Below, piece after piece: positions 11,901 through 24,433 of a DNA stretch of 64,000 nucleotides. The notes beneath the pieces were generated by a model. That model did not search any database and was not told the DNA's origin. It saw only the letters and a list, made by a program, of their open reading frames with translations. The position numbers and the translations under genes were made by a program. The first letter of the stretch is position 1. Each line of letters opens with the position of its first letter. Origin of the DNA: Heterodontus francisci (Eukaryota); contig NC_090389.1 of NCBI RefSeq assembly GCF_036365525.1, positions 71,001,226-71,065,225 of the forward strand, in the 5' to 3' direction.

Positions 11901-13718
11901 AGGAATCTGGATGTAGCATCCAGTTTGATGTCGTTACTGTTGGATCGTCCAGCTGTGTAATGATGCAGTTGAAGTCACCACCTAGAATAACCGGCTTGGA
12001 TGTCACCAGCAGCAGTGGGAGCTGTTGGAGAACGGTCAGCCACGTCCTGATTGGACCAGGGCATACATGTTGATTAACCGGAGTGGAGCATTGTTGTACA
12101 CTACGTCTGCTACAAGGTGATGAAGTTGCCTCCCCGCAGCAGAATACCCAGGCCAGAGGAACGGGAATCATTTCTCCCTGACCAGATCAATGGCCTGTAG
12201 GACCACCATTGCGACTATTGCCTGTAAGTGCTGAGGTGCGGTATCCCACACTCCTGCAGAAACAGTAGGTTGGCTTTGACCTTGGCGAGGTAATCCAATG
12301 TCGAAACACATTGCGTAGTGGATTTAACGCTACGCCGTTAATAGAAGCAATCTTTATACCCATTTAAAACTGAATGTTCCTTACCACACCAGGTATTTTT
12401 ACTAGTGCCAATCCTTGGGTATTTTCCTTATACCGATAGTGTGCACAAGCTGTTGCATATGCGTTGAGCTCAGAAAACCCTTCTGGTCACTCACGGGGGG
12501 GTTTGTTCCACTGGGGTGACATCAGGGGGATCTTGTAGGCAGCAAGGTTTGGATTGTCCTCTGCTGGTGGTGGCTTTCCCCTCTGTTCCTCCTCGAGGAG
12601 GTTTCTGCTCCCGCCTTCCCGGAGCGTGCGTGCTCTGGATGCTTCGCTGGTCTCGGTCTCCTGCAGCTGGGATGCGGTGGGCATCTCGCTGGGTTCAGCG
12701 CTTTGGGGTTGAGGCACACTGGACCCATCGCTGCTTCCAGTGCAATTGAGCTGGGGGGGCTTCCTCTTCCAGACCCTTTGCGTTCTGCCGCTCCTTTTGC
12801 ATGTGCCGTCTTTCTGGCCTTTCCTCGTCCGATGAGGAGCAGCTGTTGTAGTCTATCTCAGACGGCAGCCTCCTCTTGCCACTGGTTTGGGTGGTGACCT
12901 GTTCCTTTTTTTGGGGCTTCCTCTTTGTGGTTTTCCTTTTGACCACTTGCCACTCATCCGATTGTCCCACTGCTGCCTCCTCCTGCATGGATCCTGTGTG
13001 TCGAGGAGGAGTTTCCAGGCACAGGGTAGGTGTTGAGTTGCTGGTTGCAGCTGCCTCCCCTTTCCTTTCCTTCTCAGATGGATTTTCCTCGCTGCGGGGA
13101 GGGTTGCTGGTCTCCTTGACAGGGGGTCCTTGACCTTGAAGCTGCTGCCGGCCACCTCAATGCACCTAGCAAGGAAGGTGAACACATTGACAACAGTGAC
13201 ATGGGAGTTGTAGAGGTGGATTGTCATCACCTGGTTGTGTTGCGATGGCAGCGTGAAGAGGGGCTCCATTGTGAGGATAGACAACGGCGCCTGGTTTCCT
13301 CTCTCCTTGAATACCTTCAGGAACTTGATGCATCCCGCTACATTCTTGAAAGTTACGTCGAAATGGGGAAGATGTCCGCAGCTAGGAATCCACAGCATTC
13401 GATCAGAATTTTCTTAATGAAGAAGGCACGGCCAATGGGTACACCTCCTTTGCTATCTTTCACCGCCACCCTAACGGTGTTCGCACCCCCTGGCCTGGTG
13501 CTCTGGTGCTCATTGCAGCCATTTTTTGCTTGAAGCTTTACTGGGACGGTAGTAAAACCTCAACCAAGAGGAGAACAACAACCACAGTAAATCTCCAATC
13601 CCATAAGGCGAAATGCCATACAAATGGCGCTGAAACCCCCCCAAAAACAAAAAAAAAGCACGAAAACAGAACCTGCAGGAGCAAAGGCCACTGATCATGG
13701 TCTCTCCCCTACCAGGTA
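8904..13718 (-). mobile_element. Near full-length Tx1-clade (L1-group) LINE, degenerate (copy B)
   Basis: ORF1 starts at ATG 13522 (MAAMSTRAPGQGV...FDVTFK..., ZCCHC3-like N-terminus). ORF2 runs from ATG 12363 to stop 9131, with APE (KIASIN, LFLQE, LGGDFNC, YTW...SRIDFLF, SDHC), RT (GVRQGCSLSPVLF, LYMDDV) and a zinc-binding motif (CPQGGCSGEETVAHLL). AATAAA at 8933-8928 plus a short A-tail. Many frameshifts. Confidence 0.9.
13692..13718 (-). ncRNA. U1 snRNA 5' fragment (nt 6-32) at the head of the Tx1 LINE
   Basis: Minus strand TACCTGGTAGGGGAGAGACCATGATCA versus vertebrate U1 TACCTGGCAGGGGAGATACCATGATCA: 25/27 identical. The rest of U1 is absent. Confidence 0.8.
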
Positions 13719-13720
13719 GC

Positions 13721-13948
13721 TTTTTTTCCCAAAAATACACTTTATTCATTAAAATCTGTAAAAAATATGTTCAAAACAGCACCAAGTTAACATTCCAGAA
13801 AGTGCAAAGGAAATCCGTTTTCTTCAATACAGGAGTGAGTTGCCTCACAACCCTTCCATTCCATTCTATTCCATTTTACATGCCATGTACATTTTACAGC
13901 AAACCCATATTTGGTGTATACAGCCCGAGGGGATTACATACATTCCAG
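13721..13948 (-). mobile_element. Tx1-family LINE 3'UTR fragment (copy A)
   Basis: It has AATAAA and a gggaaaaaaa tail that directly precedes the U1 fragment, and is homologous to 8904-9100. Confidence 0.8.
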
Positions 13949-14384
13949 GCAGTGTGTAAACTATTAGCATTCACCATCAACCACCCTCTCGCCACAGACT
14001 CTAGGTCAATCAAAAAGGAATTTGACACAAGGGAGACAGTCAAGTTTTGGAGGCAGTGCAGCGAAGAACTTTGAGGCTGATCCCTAGTATTCATGCTCTG
14101 AGTTATAAGGAAAGACTGGTAAACCATGGGCTTTTCAGCATGGAGTGGACGCATATGTGAAGTAATGTTATAGAGGTATCCAAGTTAGTTAAAGTTATGA
14201 AAAAGATAAATCCAGAATATTACCTTTATTTAAGTTGTGAGAGTAGACCAGGAGGATACAGGTTGAAATGACTAAAAAGCAACTTTAGGACCAATGTAGG
14301 TCTTTTTGATGCAAGCAATGATCAACTGATGGAATGGACTCGAGGATGGAGCAGTGGAGGCAAAATTCTTTAAGAAACTATATG

Positions 14385-15005
14385 TGTGCCATATCTAAGA
14401 CTGCCTATTTCCATCTCTGTAATATTGCCTGACTTTGCTCCTGCCTTAGCTCATCTGCTGTTGAAACTCTCATCCGTGCATTTGTTACCTGTAGACTTGA
14501 CTATTCCAACACACTCTTGGGAGCCCTCCCACAAACTTGAGGTCACCCAAATCTCTGCTCCCCATGTTCTTACTCGCACCAAGTCCCATTCATCCCTTAC
14601 TCCCCTACTTGCTGACCTACTTTGGCTCCCAGTCAAGCAATGCCTTGTTTTTAAAATTCTCATCTTTGTTTTCAAATCCCTCCATGGCCCTACCCCTTAT
14701 CTCAGTAATAGCCTCCAGGCTCACAACACTCCTAGATATCTGCACACATCAAAATCTGGCCCTGATTTTAATTGCTCCACCATTGGTAGCAATGCCTTCA
14801 GTGGCCTAGACCCTATACTCTGGAATTCCCTCCCCAAACCTTTCCACCTTTCTTTCCATTTTAAGACACTTCTTTGCCCAAGCTTTTGGCCATCTGCCCG
14901 AACATCACCTTATATGGCTCAGTGTCAAATTTTGCTTTATAATGCTCCTGTGCTTTGGGACATTTTATTACAGTAAAGGCACTATTTAAATACAGGTTGC
15001 TGTTG
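14385..15005 (+). mobile_element. L2 LINE 3' fragment
   Basis: L2 ORF2 C-terminus (LTPLLADLLWLPVKQCLVFKILIFVFKSLHG...LWNSLP) followed by an L2-type tail. Confidence 0.8.
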
Positions 15006-15204
15006 ATGCTGGGATGGAATGGGTGGAGTGCTTTTGGATGGACAAAGTAAGATGGACTGAATTTGCCTCTATTTATCTTGTGATAAGTAAAGTCATGTAA
15101 GTTACTAAGTTTAAAAAATGATTAGGCAATTTTCTTAAGGTTTGGCATTATATTTATAATATCTACAACAGTGACATTTGCACAGATGTGAATGGAAGAA
15201 GCTG

Positions 15205-15657
15205 AATGACTTAGGTACGAGCACAGGTAGCACTCTTACCTCTAAGTGAGAGGATTCTGGGTTTAAGTCCCACTCCTGGACTTAAGCACAAAAATCAAAG
15301 CTGACACTCCTGTGCAGTACTGAGGGAGTGTTCCACTGTTGCAGATGCTGTCTTTTGGATGAGATGTTAAACTGAACCTCTGTCGGCCTTCTCAGGTGGA
15401 TGCAAATTAATCCATGGCACAATTCTGCAAAACAGCAGGGTCGCCGGTGTCTTGGCCAATGTTTGTTGCTCAATCAACATCACAAAAACAGATAATCTGC
15501 TCAGTATCACATGGCTGTTTGTGTGAGCTTGCTGTGCACAAATTGGCTGCTGCTTCCTACATCACAACAGTGACCACCATTAAAAAGTACTTCATTTGCT
15601 GTGAAGCGCTTTGAGACGTCCAGTAGTCCTGAAAGGTCTATAAAATGGAATTGTTGT
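15205..15657 (+). mobile_element. DeuSINE (SacSINE1-like)
   Basis: tRNA-like head plus Deu-domain sequence (gagcttgctgtgcacaaattggctgc...acaacagtgac...aaagtacttcatt...gaagcgctttg). Minus-strand relatives lie at about 30410-30760 and 38340-38600. Confidence 0.75.
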
Positions 15658-15699
15658 GACTCCTGAACAGTCAGGTTGGGCTGAGACCTGAGCAGTGGA

Positions 15700-15869
15700 A
15701 GAAGCACGTGACGGGACTGTGTCGCTTATGCGCATGTCAGTAAAGTTGTTGTTGTAGAGGCTGGCCGAGCGCGGAGGCAAGATGGCGGTGGTGATGGCGG
15801 CGCGTAGCTGGGGCTGAGGGAGTGGAGGTCATTTAAATCCCTCTTCTTGCTTACATAAACCGTAGCAGA
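15700..15869 (+). promoter_or_regulatory. NISCH: NISCH CpG-rich promoter / 5'UTR
   Basis: Local CpG enrichment. E-box CACGTGAC at 15705-15712, NRF1-like TGCGCATG at 15729-15736 and YY1 motif CAAGATGGCGG at 15778-15788, all directly upstream of coding exon 1. Confidence 0.65.
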
Positions 15870-15953
15870 ATGGAGGCGGGAGGGTTTGGGGAGGGGCTCT
15901 TCGAGGGAAAAGAAATTCATATCATCGGCTCGGAGCTGGTGGAAAACTACACG
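15870..15953 (+). CDS. NISCH: Nischarin coding exon 1
   Basis: MEAGGFGEGLFEGKEIHIIGSELVENYT followed by a GTGAGA donor. Matches the nischarin N-terminus (VVGSELVDTYT). Confidence 0.9.
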
Positions 15954-18900
15954 GTGAGAGACATCTTGTTTGGGTATCGGTGGGTTCTGGGACACGGGGG
16001 AAACTGCAGGATGTGTGGCCTGAGGAGAGGGCTCTAGTTCCTGATTATTATCTGGTGATCCCCTAGGGCTGCAAGATTGTGTGTGGTGCCTTTTAATATG
16101 TATTGAGAGTGGCGGCTGGAGAGGAATCTGCTGCTCCATCACTTCCTACGTCCAACGGAGTCGCCCTCCCTTGATGTGGAGGGATCTGAATCTGTTGACA
16201 TTGGGACATTGTCATCCAATTTTAATCTGTAAGGGCCATAATTGGCCATTACTACATCCAAGATAGATCTAAAAGCTGTATGGCGTGGCGATGTTACTAA
16301 TATGATATTACGCTTGAACAACCACCCTCTCTTCATATAGACTTGTGTGAACACATTTATAACAGCACAAATAAGGGATGTAGGTAGCAAACTCTGTATT
16401 CTTTAACATTTAGGCTACCTCGATGGACTAAAATGTTTTCTTCAGATCTTCCTGCGACTTATGCTTCCTTAAGAAACGCTGTCGTGTACCAGAACGAGAA
16501 CAGATTTTTTCGCATTGAAAAGTATCGTTATTAGACCAGACTAACTGCACCCTTCAAGGATAGGATGCAGCCCATTTTCCTCTACCATTCATTGTCTGAC
16601 AATTAGATCAGAATGCTGACTTCTCTGTAGGCTTTATCGGTGTCTTTCTAATTAATTTGGATGCATCCAGCAGTGATGGGTTTCTACTGAATGTTGTTTC
16701 CTCTGTCTGTTGAGAGGTGCCCAGTTTTGTTCGTAACTCATCCGTAGTGTGTTGAATAATTTGATTGACTTCTTTGCCTGAGAATTGGCTCCTGTCACCT
16801 ATATTTAGTGTTTAGGGTAGCAAGTGGCTAAGTCATAGAAATTTGTAAGGTCCCAGGTTTGATGTTCAGCCTCTGCTGAGTTAGATGGTCTCAACTAGAG
16901 TGATGGTAGGGTTGCTACAATTGTCAGAAGTCCTCTTGGATTAGGGAGGGGAAGAGGAAGCTATGGTTCTAATTCCTGATTATCTAGTGACCCCCTAGGA
17001 TTGAAAGATTGTGTGTCTGTTACTTGAGTGAGGATAGAATTGGTTGAGGTCGCCCCTATGTTTGAATAATTGCTGACATTCTGTCAAGGCTCACGTATGA
17101 CTCATGGGTGAAGTAAAGGGGAGTGCCTTCAGCCCGATAACCCACTGACAGATCTGTGTTCCTCCAATTCTGTCCTTTTGTGCATCCCAGATTTTCTTTG
17201 CCCCTCCCTTATCTTTGGAATTCCCTCCATAAACCTTTCTGCCTCTCTACCCCTGTTTCCTTTTAAATGCTTCTTAAGACCTGCCTCTTTGACCAGGCTT
17301 TTGGTCACCTCCTTTTATCTCCTTGCGTGGCTTGATGTCAAATTTTGCCTGATAAGGCTCCTGTGAAGTGCACTGGGACATGGTACTACATTGGAAGCTT
17401 TATATAAATGCATGTTGTTCCCAGGGAAACTATATAAGGTTAGAATAAGATGAACAAAAGTCCTGGCGTGATCAGTATAGTTGACCAACACATAGGGAGG
17501 GAATAAAAACAGAAAATGCTGGAAATACTCAGGTCTGTGACTTTTCATCTTTCCTCAAGTATTTCCAGTGTTTTTCTGTTTTTATTTGTGATGAGGTGGG
17601 CAGTGACATGTGCCAATGCCTCTGCCAATACTGCTCTCACTGGCTGACAGAGCTGTTGAGCACTCTGTTCACTTGTCTTCACTTTAAGGAAAAAAAAATC
17701 CTGAGGATTGAGAACTTTGTATTTTACATTTGATCAAATTTTTTCCCCTTACCAAATCTTTCTTGATCCAGAAGTTAATGAAAAATTTATGAAGTTCAAA
17801 GCATTGGTGTAGATTAGCTAGCCAGTAGGTCAAGCAAAAGCTGTAAAAAGATGTAAAGATTCAAATCTGGCAAGAAATGACACGAGTAGAAATGGAAGTA
17901 TTAGTCCATTAGTATTGTTTGCAATCTTTTGAGGTCAATACTGAAAAGTACTAATGTCAGTTTAATTATAAACTATTATATGCTTGAACAAACAATAGTA
18001 ATTGCTGGGCTTTTACCTAAATTAAAGTTGAACATTACTGGATCCTATCAGTTCTGAAGATTAAGGCTTATTTGATCTTACATTTTCAGTTGAAACTATA
18101 TCTTGGAAATGCACTATGTCCTTACATCATTTTAAGTTTTGTAGGTACTCGGGCAGGTTTCTGTAACTTATGATTTCAGAACACCGGAAGCCATAATTTC
18201 CTGGTTTTGGTTTCAGCTGATCTTTTGTTATTTCTGTGTCTTATATGTTAAGGTTTGTTTAGAGAATAGTTATTTGGTATTGGGGGAGCAAGAAAGAATA
18301 AAAACTCAAGTTTAATTTCCTATATCCAGTCCTATTGAAGGGGAAAAAACTTCAATGGTTAAACTAACTTTTAAACTTACGACAGAGCTGACTTTGCAGA
18401 GTGAAATCAAAATTTATACATAGCAATTTTATAATAGTCAAAGAAGTCATTGGTGAGTGACTCCCTCTTCCCCCCCCCCCCCCCCCCCCCACAATATTTT
18501 GGATTTTCTACATCTATTTTTCATAGTACAGAGCACTTGTTGAGATATAGATTATTGCACATTTATGGAGCTTCTGGTAAAATCTGTTTTACTGCATAAA
18601 TATTCAGTAATCCGTATCTGAGTGTTCAGAACAAGAAAGCTCTTAACATTGACTTTTGCAATAAATCCAACATATCATAGATTTCATGTCTTGAAATAAG
18701 AGTTAAAACATTAGCATTTAGTTGATGCCCAATCTGGTAACTGTGATCAGGAAAACTGGAATGTGTCCTTTAAGATTCTTTTTGGGCTGCTTTTCTGTTT
18801 GATTTCCAGTATAGTATGGTTAGTTATTACTTGAGCTGAATCTTGTTACCTTCCAAAGTCCCAACAGTCAACGTTTCAAGCAGGATTTCCTGGATATTGA

Positions 18901-21004
18901 TCAGAGGTGGGCTCCCTTGCCTGATTTCTTGCTACCATGGGTCACTGAGGCGATTGTATCATCCCAATGCCTGGCTTGGCTGAGATCAGCTGATTCTGTA
19001 TAGACAGTGGGTTGAATCTGGCATCTTCCTTGTCTGTATGGATCAAATGTTCACTGAGCCTTTGGGGAAGATACATTGTCATTCTAAACTTGTTTGAAGT
19101 TCTGAGAAGATCATTTGTATAGCTGGTTTGAAAATATTAAAATGAATACAGATGTGAATTAAGTATTTCAAATAGCGTTCTGAATAATCTAAAGGGTTGT
19201 ATTTTTGCCTATGTAACATAATTTTGATTAAATTGTATCTCCTAGGTTCACCAACAAAAAATGAATAGTTACAAAGTGAATAGTATTGAACTTTAATGCA
19301 TTGAATATCTCTGACTTATTTTAATGACTGAATTTAGTGGTTAGCTAACTTGTGCTTTTAGACTTGCGACAGACCTGACTTAGCAGCATGAAATATGTGG
19401 TAGGTGGCCTCTTTGCAATGTGGCGGTTTCTTTATCATCAGTTCAATGTTTGAACAATTGTGACGGGCAGTTTAAAATTATTCATTGATCAGGAGTTGTT
19501 TGCCTTTTCCAATGCTTGAAAGCAGCTTACAGGTTTCTAAATGCAAAATTGCTTGGCCAGCCTGTATGGATCAGAATGATTGACTTTCCCAGTTGCAGGC
19601 CAAAAACATGTCAGCTTTGGGCGTGATAAGTCTGATTTACTTTGCTGCTGTAGGTGTGGATGCCTCTTCTGACAATGCATAGCATGATATGTTTTGTTAA
19701 CCTCTGGCTGATGTCAACACCAAAGTCAAGTGGGGTGGCATTTGCAGACTAGTTGAACCAGGATTTCTGCACACTGAAAAGGGGGAAAACCAGCTAGTTT
19801 GCAAATATTTGAGCACAGCCCAGTTAATCACTTGAGCATTATCTACACTGACTTGTTGGCAAAAATATTTGTGATTAGATTTCTGTTTGAGTGGAATTTG
19901 TCAGTGAGTTGATTATTTACTGCACTTTCTGGTTTATTTAATGTATTTTTTTTTCTGTTTAAAGGTCCTGTATTTGGGTCAGGTGTTGTATAAGCAGTTT
20001 GATATATTTCATCTTAAATCAGAGTTTCAGTAAATTTTCTCTGCACAGCACTGTGGCAAAAAAAGTGCAGTAAAGTCACCAGCCCCCACCCAAATCTTGA
20101 ATGTGTAAATACTGCATAATGGTACAGTATTTAATTAAATGTGTAGTATTGGTCACATGCTTGTAAATGGGTGGGGAAGGTGTTCAAGTGATGTGTTCAG
20201 CTGGAGTAGTAGAAATCTTGTCTGCGCATTGATCTTCCTTTATTTCACCAAGTAGTATAGATGGAAAGGCCAAAGCTAGCTTAAAGTGTAGGTATCCATG
20301 ATGTAATAATGCTTCCTTTAAAAAAAAAATTCATTCTTGGAATGTGGTGTTGCTGGCAACACCAGCACTTATTGCCTATCCCTGAGATGGTGGCCTTCTT
20401 GAACCGCTGCAGTCTTGTGTGCTGAACAAAGCCCCACAGTGCTGTCGGGTAGGGAATTCCAGGATTTTGATATGACTATATGCTTCCAAGTAAAGATTGT
20501 GTGTTACTTGGAGGTGGTGATGTTCCTATTCACTGCCTGTCCTGGTCCTTTTTTGGGTGGTAGAAGTTCCGGGTTTGGGAGATGCTGTTGACAAAGCCTT
20601 GACGAGTCGCTGCAGTGCATCTTGGTGATGGTACACAATGTAGCTTATTGTACTGATGTTGGAGGAAGTGAATGTTTAAATAGTGGATTGGGCACCATGT
20701 TATTGTTTAGGATTTATTGTTTGTTTGGGTATAGGTTGAAAGGTTTTTATTTTTTAGCATCAGAAGTACTTGTTGCAAATTTACGTTGACGTAATTCTTT
20801 TTCCCATCCTATTGAACCATTACTCTCCTGAAAGTGAGTTAGTGATTTTAAAAGGTAATATCTTGATATACTTTGGGTTATGCATTACAAGGTCTGCATT
20901 TTAGCAGCTGGCAAAGCATCAAATGTGTGTATCCCTTCCTTACTTATTTAAATCGCTGCTGCGAATCAGTAGCTGTCACTAATGAAAGCCTATAACTTTC
21001 TTAG

Positions 21005-21088
21005 GTGTATATCATAGAAGTGAAAGTTGGGAATCATCAATGGACAGTTAAACACCGCTACAGTGATTTTCATGAGCTACATGAAAAG
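21005..21088 (+). CDS. NISCH: Nischarin exon 2 (PX domain)
   Basis: ttag acceptor, [28 protein letters not shown], then a GC donor (AAG/GCAAGT). Confidence 0.95.
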
Positions 21089-22199
21089 GCAAGTTTTTGC
21101 ATATTGTAAAACACTGCTGTTTTACTAAGATTCTTTGTAGTCACTAAATGCTAGATGCATGGCACCCTCAGCCAAATTTTCTGCAAAGCAGGTTATGCTG
21201 TGAAGTCTGATATGCAAGTCACAATTTTTCATGTGACTTTTCTGTAGGAATGCATTTCAAATTGACATGTGGCTTGTATACCAGATTTCAGTGTTTGCTC
21301 CAATTGCTGCTTCATTGGTCAAGGAAACTTGCTGAGGCCTCTAAATCAAATCTTGTGAGATCCACTGGTAAATGTTGGCACACTCCTAGCTTTCCAAAAC
21401 CGTGTCAACTGTCTAAAGAAAATCGGGGTTATTACTGCATAAATTGCTTTCCCTATTTATAAATATCTGAAGTAATGATCTAATAAGTAAACAAATACAC
21501 AATTCTGACCATGTGGATACCTTGGAATGCCTTTTTGAACCATATTTCCACAAAGTTTTTGGGGCTTTGGTTTGTAAATTTGTGTTGTAAACAATTTTCT
21601 CTGTGACTGTCCTGTTGCTTGTAATGGGCTTAATACTTTTACATTGCTGCTTGACCTAGATAGATTGTGTAACCACTTATATAAATCACGACCATTCTGA
21701 ATCCAGTTTGGGTTCCAGTGCATAATTTAACATTGAAACTTAAATTTTATAATGCTCCTCCCCATTATTTAGTATTTCTGTTCTTGGTCTGTCATTGATG
21801 CCTGCACTAGACTCTTTCAAGGCTGCTGTTGCTGCTGCTTCATGTTGGCTGATTGTGTGCTAATTGCAATGTTGTTCAGATACAATAAGCCCAAAACACA
21901 TGTTCTGGATAATTAAGCTGTATTCTGTGTGTCTTGAGCCAAAAAAAAGCCTTTACTGGCTTATCTTGCGTTTTCTATGTGTCTCACATCCAGAGATGGC
22001 ATTCCTGTCTTAAGTCGTGTGATCATCATCTTCAGCTCTAGATTGTATGAAGACTTACCTTTTTGTAAGGTTCTAATTCAGTTCAGCAATACATGGTATT
22101 GGAATTAAAAATAAAGGATATCGGGCCAGATGTTATGTTTCCCAATACTGAAGGAAGCAAAAATATTTGTAAACAGTGATTGTGCTTTTTAAAAAAAAA

Positions 22200-23390
22200 A
22201 GTAGAGGGCAGTAAATGTTACACTCCTGTACAGGAGAGGGCAACTGGATAAACCAGAAATTATAAAGATTTAATATTTTATGAGTAAACTTCTAGAGTCC
22301 ATAAAATGGTATGAAATTGGTGTACACCGAGAAAGAGTTCATTGTCATATTGATGTAGTGCTTGATATATGAATTATTTTGAGGAAATCTGACTGACTAA
22401 ATAAAATGTAATGTGAGACATTTTACTTGTGGACTTTTCAGAAGGCAATTTTGGTAAGGTGCCTGAATTTAAAAAAAAAAAGTATTGTCTCACTGATCTC
22501 TGCTGTAGCTCCTTGTCTTCCATTTTGTATAAATGATTTGGATGTGGGCACATGGATAATCACATTTGAGGATATCAAATTAGGGGGTGTGGCAAATGAG
22601 AGAAGAACGGAGGAGATTGATAGAGGGTATTGATGGGATAGTGGAGCGGGCAGATAGTTGGCAGATGCCGTTTGATGCAGAGAGCAGTAACTGGGTTCAT
22701 TTTGGGGACAGCAAAAAGTTTGAATTTATTAAACATCTTTAACATAAAGGAACATCCTAAGCAATTTCATAAATGTGCATAAGGAAAATGAGTTTGAAGG
22801 TACAGAGACCTAGGAGTGCAGCCGCATTCTATTTTTAAAGGTTTTAAAAATGGGGTTCTATGTTTATTACATGTAGAGCATTGCAAATAAAAGCAATTTG
22901 TACAAGACATTGGTCAGCCCACAGGTTATTGAACGTAGATCCGGGCAATCCATTATAGGGAAGATTGCGCAATGGAGGTACAGGGAATATTTTTCTAGAG
23001 TGTTACTGGGAATAAAAAGTAATAGTTACACAGGCTAGAATAAGTGGGAATTTTTTCAACTGGAACAGAGAAGGTTATGGGCGAATTTGAGGTTTCCCAA
23101 AGGTAAACAGCAATACGTTGTTTTTAAATCATTGGTGAATTTGAAACCTGCAGGCAAAACTCTAGACTAGTTGCAGAAAAATAAAGAGGAAAGATTTTTG
23201 CACACAAAGGATTGAGATTTTGGAATGTTTTACCGTGTGGGTATTAAAGCAGAAATTGCAACATCATTTAAGAGGATTGACTAAGTAATTTTAAAATAAA
23301 GACTATAAAAAGGACAGGAAGTGAGATTAGAGTAGATGGTTCTAATAGAAGTTGGCGCAGGTACCATGATGAACAATGGCACCTGTGTTA
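22200..23390 (+). mobile_element. Highly decayed CR1 LINE relic
   Basis: Remnant motifs (gtggacttttcagaaggca, ataaatgatttggat, tggcagatg, tttttgcacacaaaggg). Boundaries approximate. Confidence 0.55.
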
Positions 23391-24250
23391 TTTGTAGTGT
23401 GGGGCTAGTCACATGTACACCAGACTGGGTGGAGATGGTTGGTTCCCTTCCTTCGATCGCTTTGATTGTCAGTTTTGTATTGCTTGTGTGCAACATATAT
23501 GCTGATCTGAGCGAGAGCTATCTTCACTCATGCGGACCAAATCATTTCAGTATTGCATCTCGTTAGCCTGTGGGTTGTATAGACTGATATTCATGCACTC
23601 TTTCCAAAACTACATTGTCTGGGCTTGCTCTTGAATTTTTTTTTTAAATGCTCAAGTCCTTAAGGCTTTATAGTGCATGCTGCAGTACTCGCTCAAACAT
23701 GTTTTGATCCTAGGGTGGGAAAAGATCGATAGGGGTTTTAGTCATTTGGTGAAGTATTTTTCAGTCTGGACCTGTGTGATTGTTACTTCCGTACCAGGAG
23801 TGTCTCCTCTTGCCTCCCATCATTAGCTTACCACTTGCTCGATGATGGACCTTTCCTATTGACTGGAGGATAATCTATTTTTTCTAAATAAGACCACAGT
23901 GAATGTAGATCGTTTTACTACATTCTTTACCCACTTCCACAACCACCGTTGATGAGACCTGTGTTCATGGATGCACCCTTTGTTTCTCCACTGCTCCCAC
24001 AAGTTCTACCAATGTATCAAGATGACCATTATTTTGCAAAATGTTTATTTAGTCCTCACGTCCTCACACTCTCGTGAATGCTTTGCATTTGGAACTGATG
24101 CCTGCTTTACTTAATTTAAAAATGGAATGATGTGATTGTTTGTTTGTCCCGGTGGAGTTTCCTCTGGTGCACTAGGTGTACAGAAACACTTATGGTCTTT
24201 GTCATTCAGTTTCGAGAAGTATGTTCTTTAACGTCTTTGTTTTGTTTTAG

Positions 24251-24433
24251 CTGACTGCAGAAAAGAAGATTGACAAAAACCTACTTCCACCAAAGAAGAT
24301 CATTGGCAAAAATTCCAAAACGTTTGTAGAGAAAAGGCAGAAAGAATTAGAAGTCTATTTGCAAACCCTTCTAGTGAAGTTCCCATTTGCTGCACCAAAA
24401 GTTTTGTCATTTTTTCTGAATTTTCATCTATAT
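24251..24433 (+). CDS. NISCH: Nischarin exon 3 (PX domain)
   Basis: [38 protein letters not shown]...NFHLY, with AG/GT boundaries, phase 0. Confidence 0.97.

Noticed and set aside
13692-13718. Functional U1 snRNA gene
   Set aside because: Only 27 nt match. Stem-loops II-IV, the Sm site and the PSE are absent.
1-15700. Exons of a divergent neighbour gene (TNNC1 lies upstream of NISCH in mammals)
   Set aside because: I recognised no EF-hand or troponin C coding sequence on either strand. The region is mostly repeats.
15726-16390. Minus-strand ORFs overlapping NISCH exon 1 as an antisense gene
   Set aside because: They are low-complexity translations of GC-rich sequence with no recognisable homology or splice structure.
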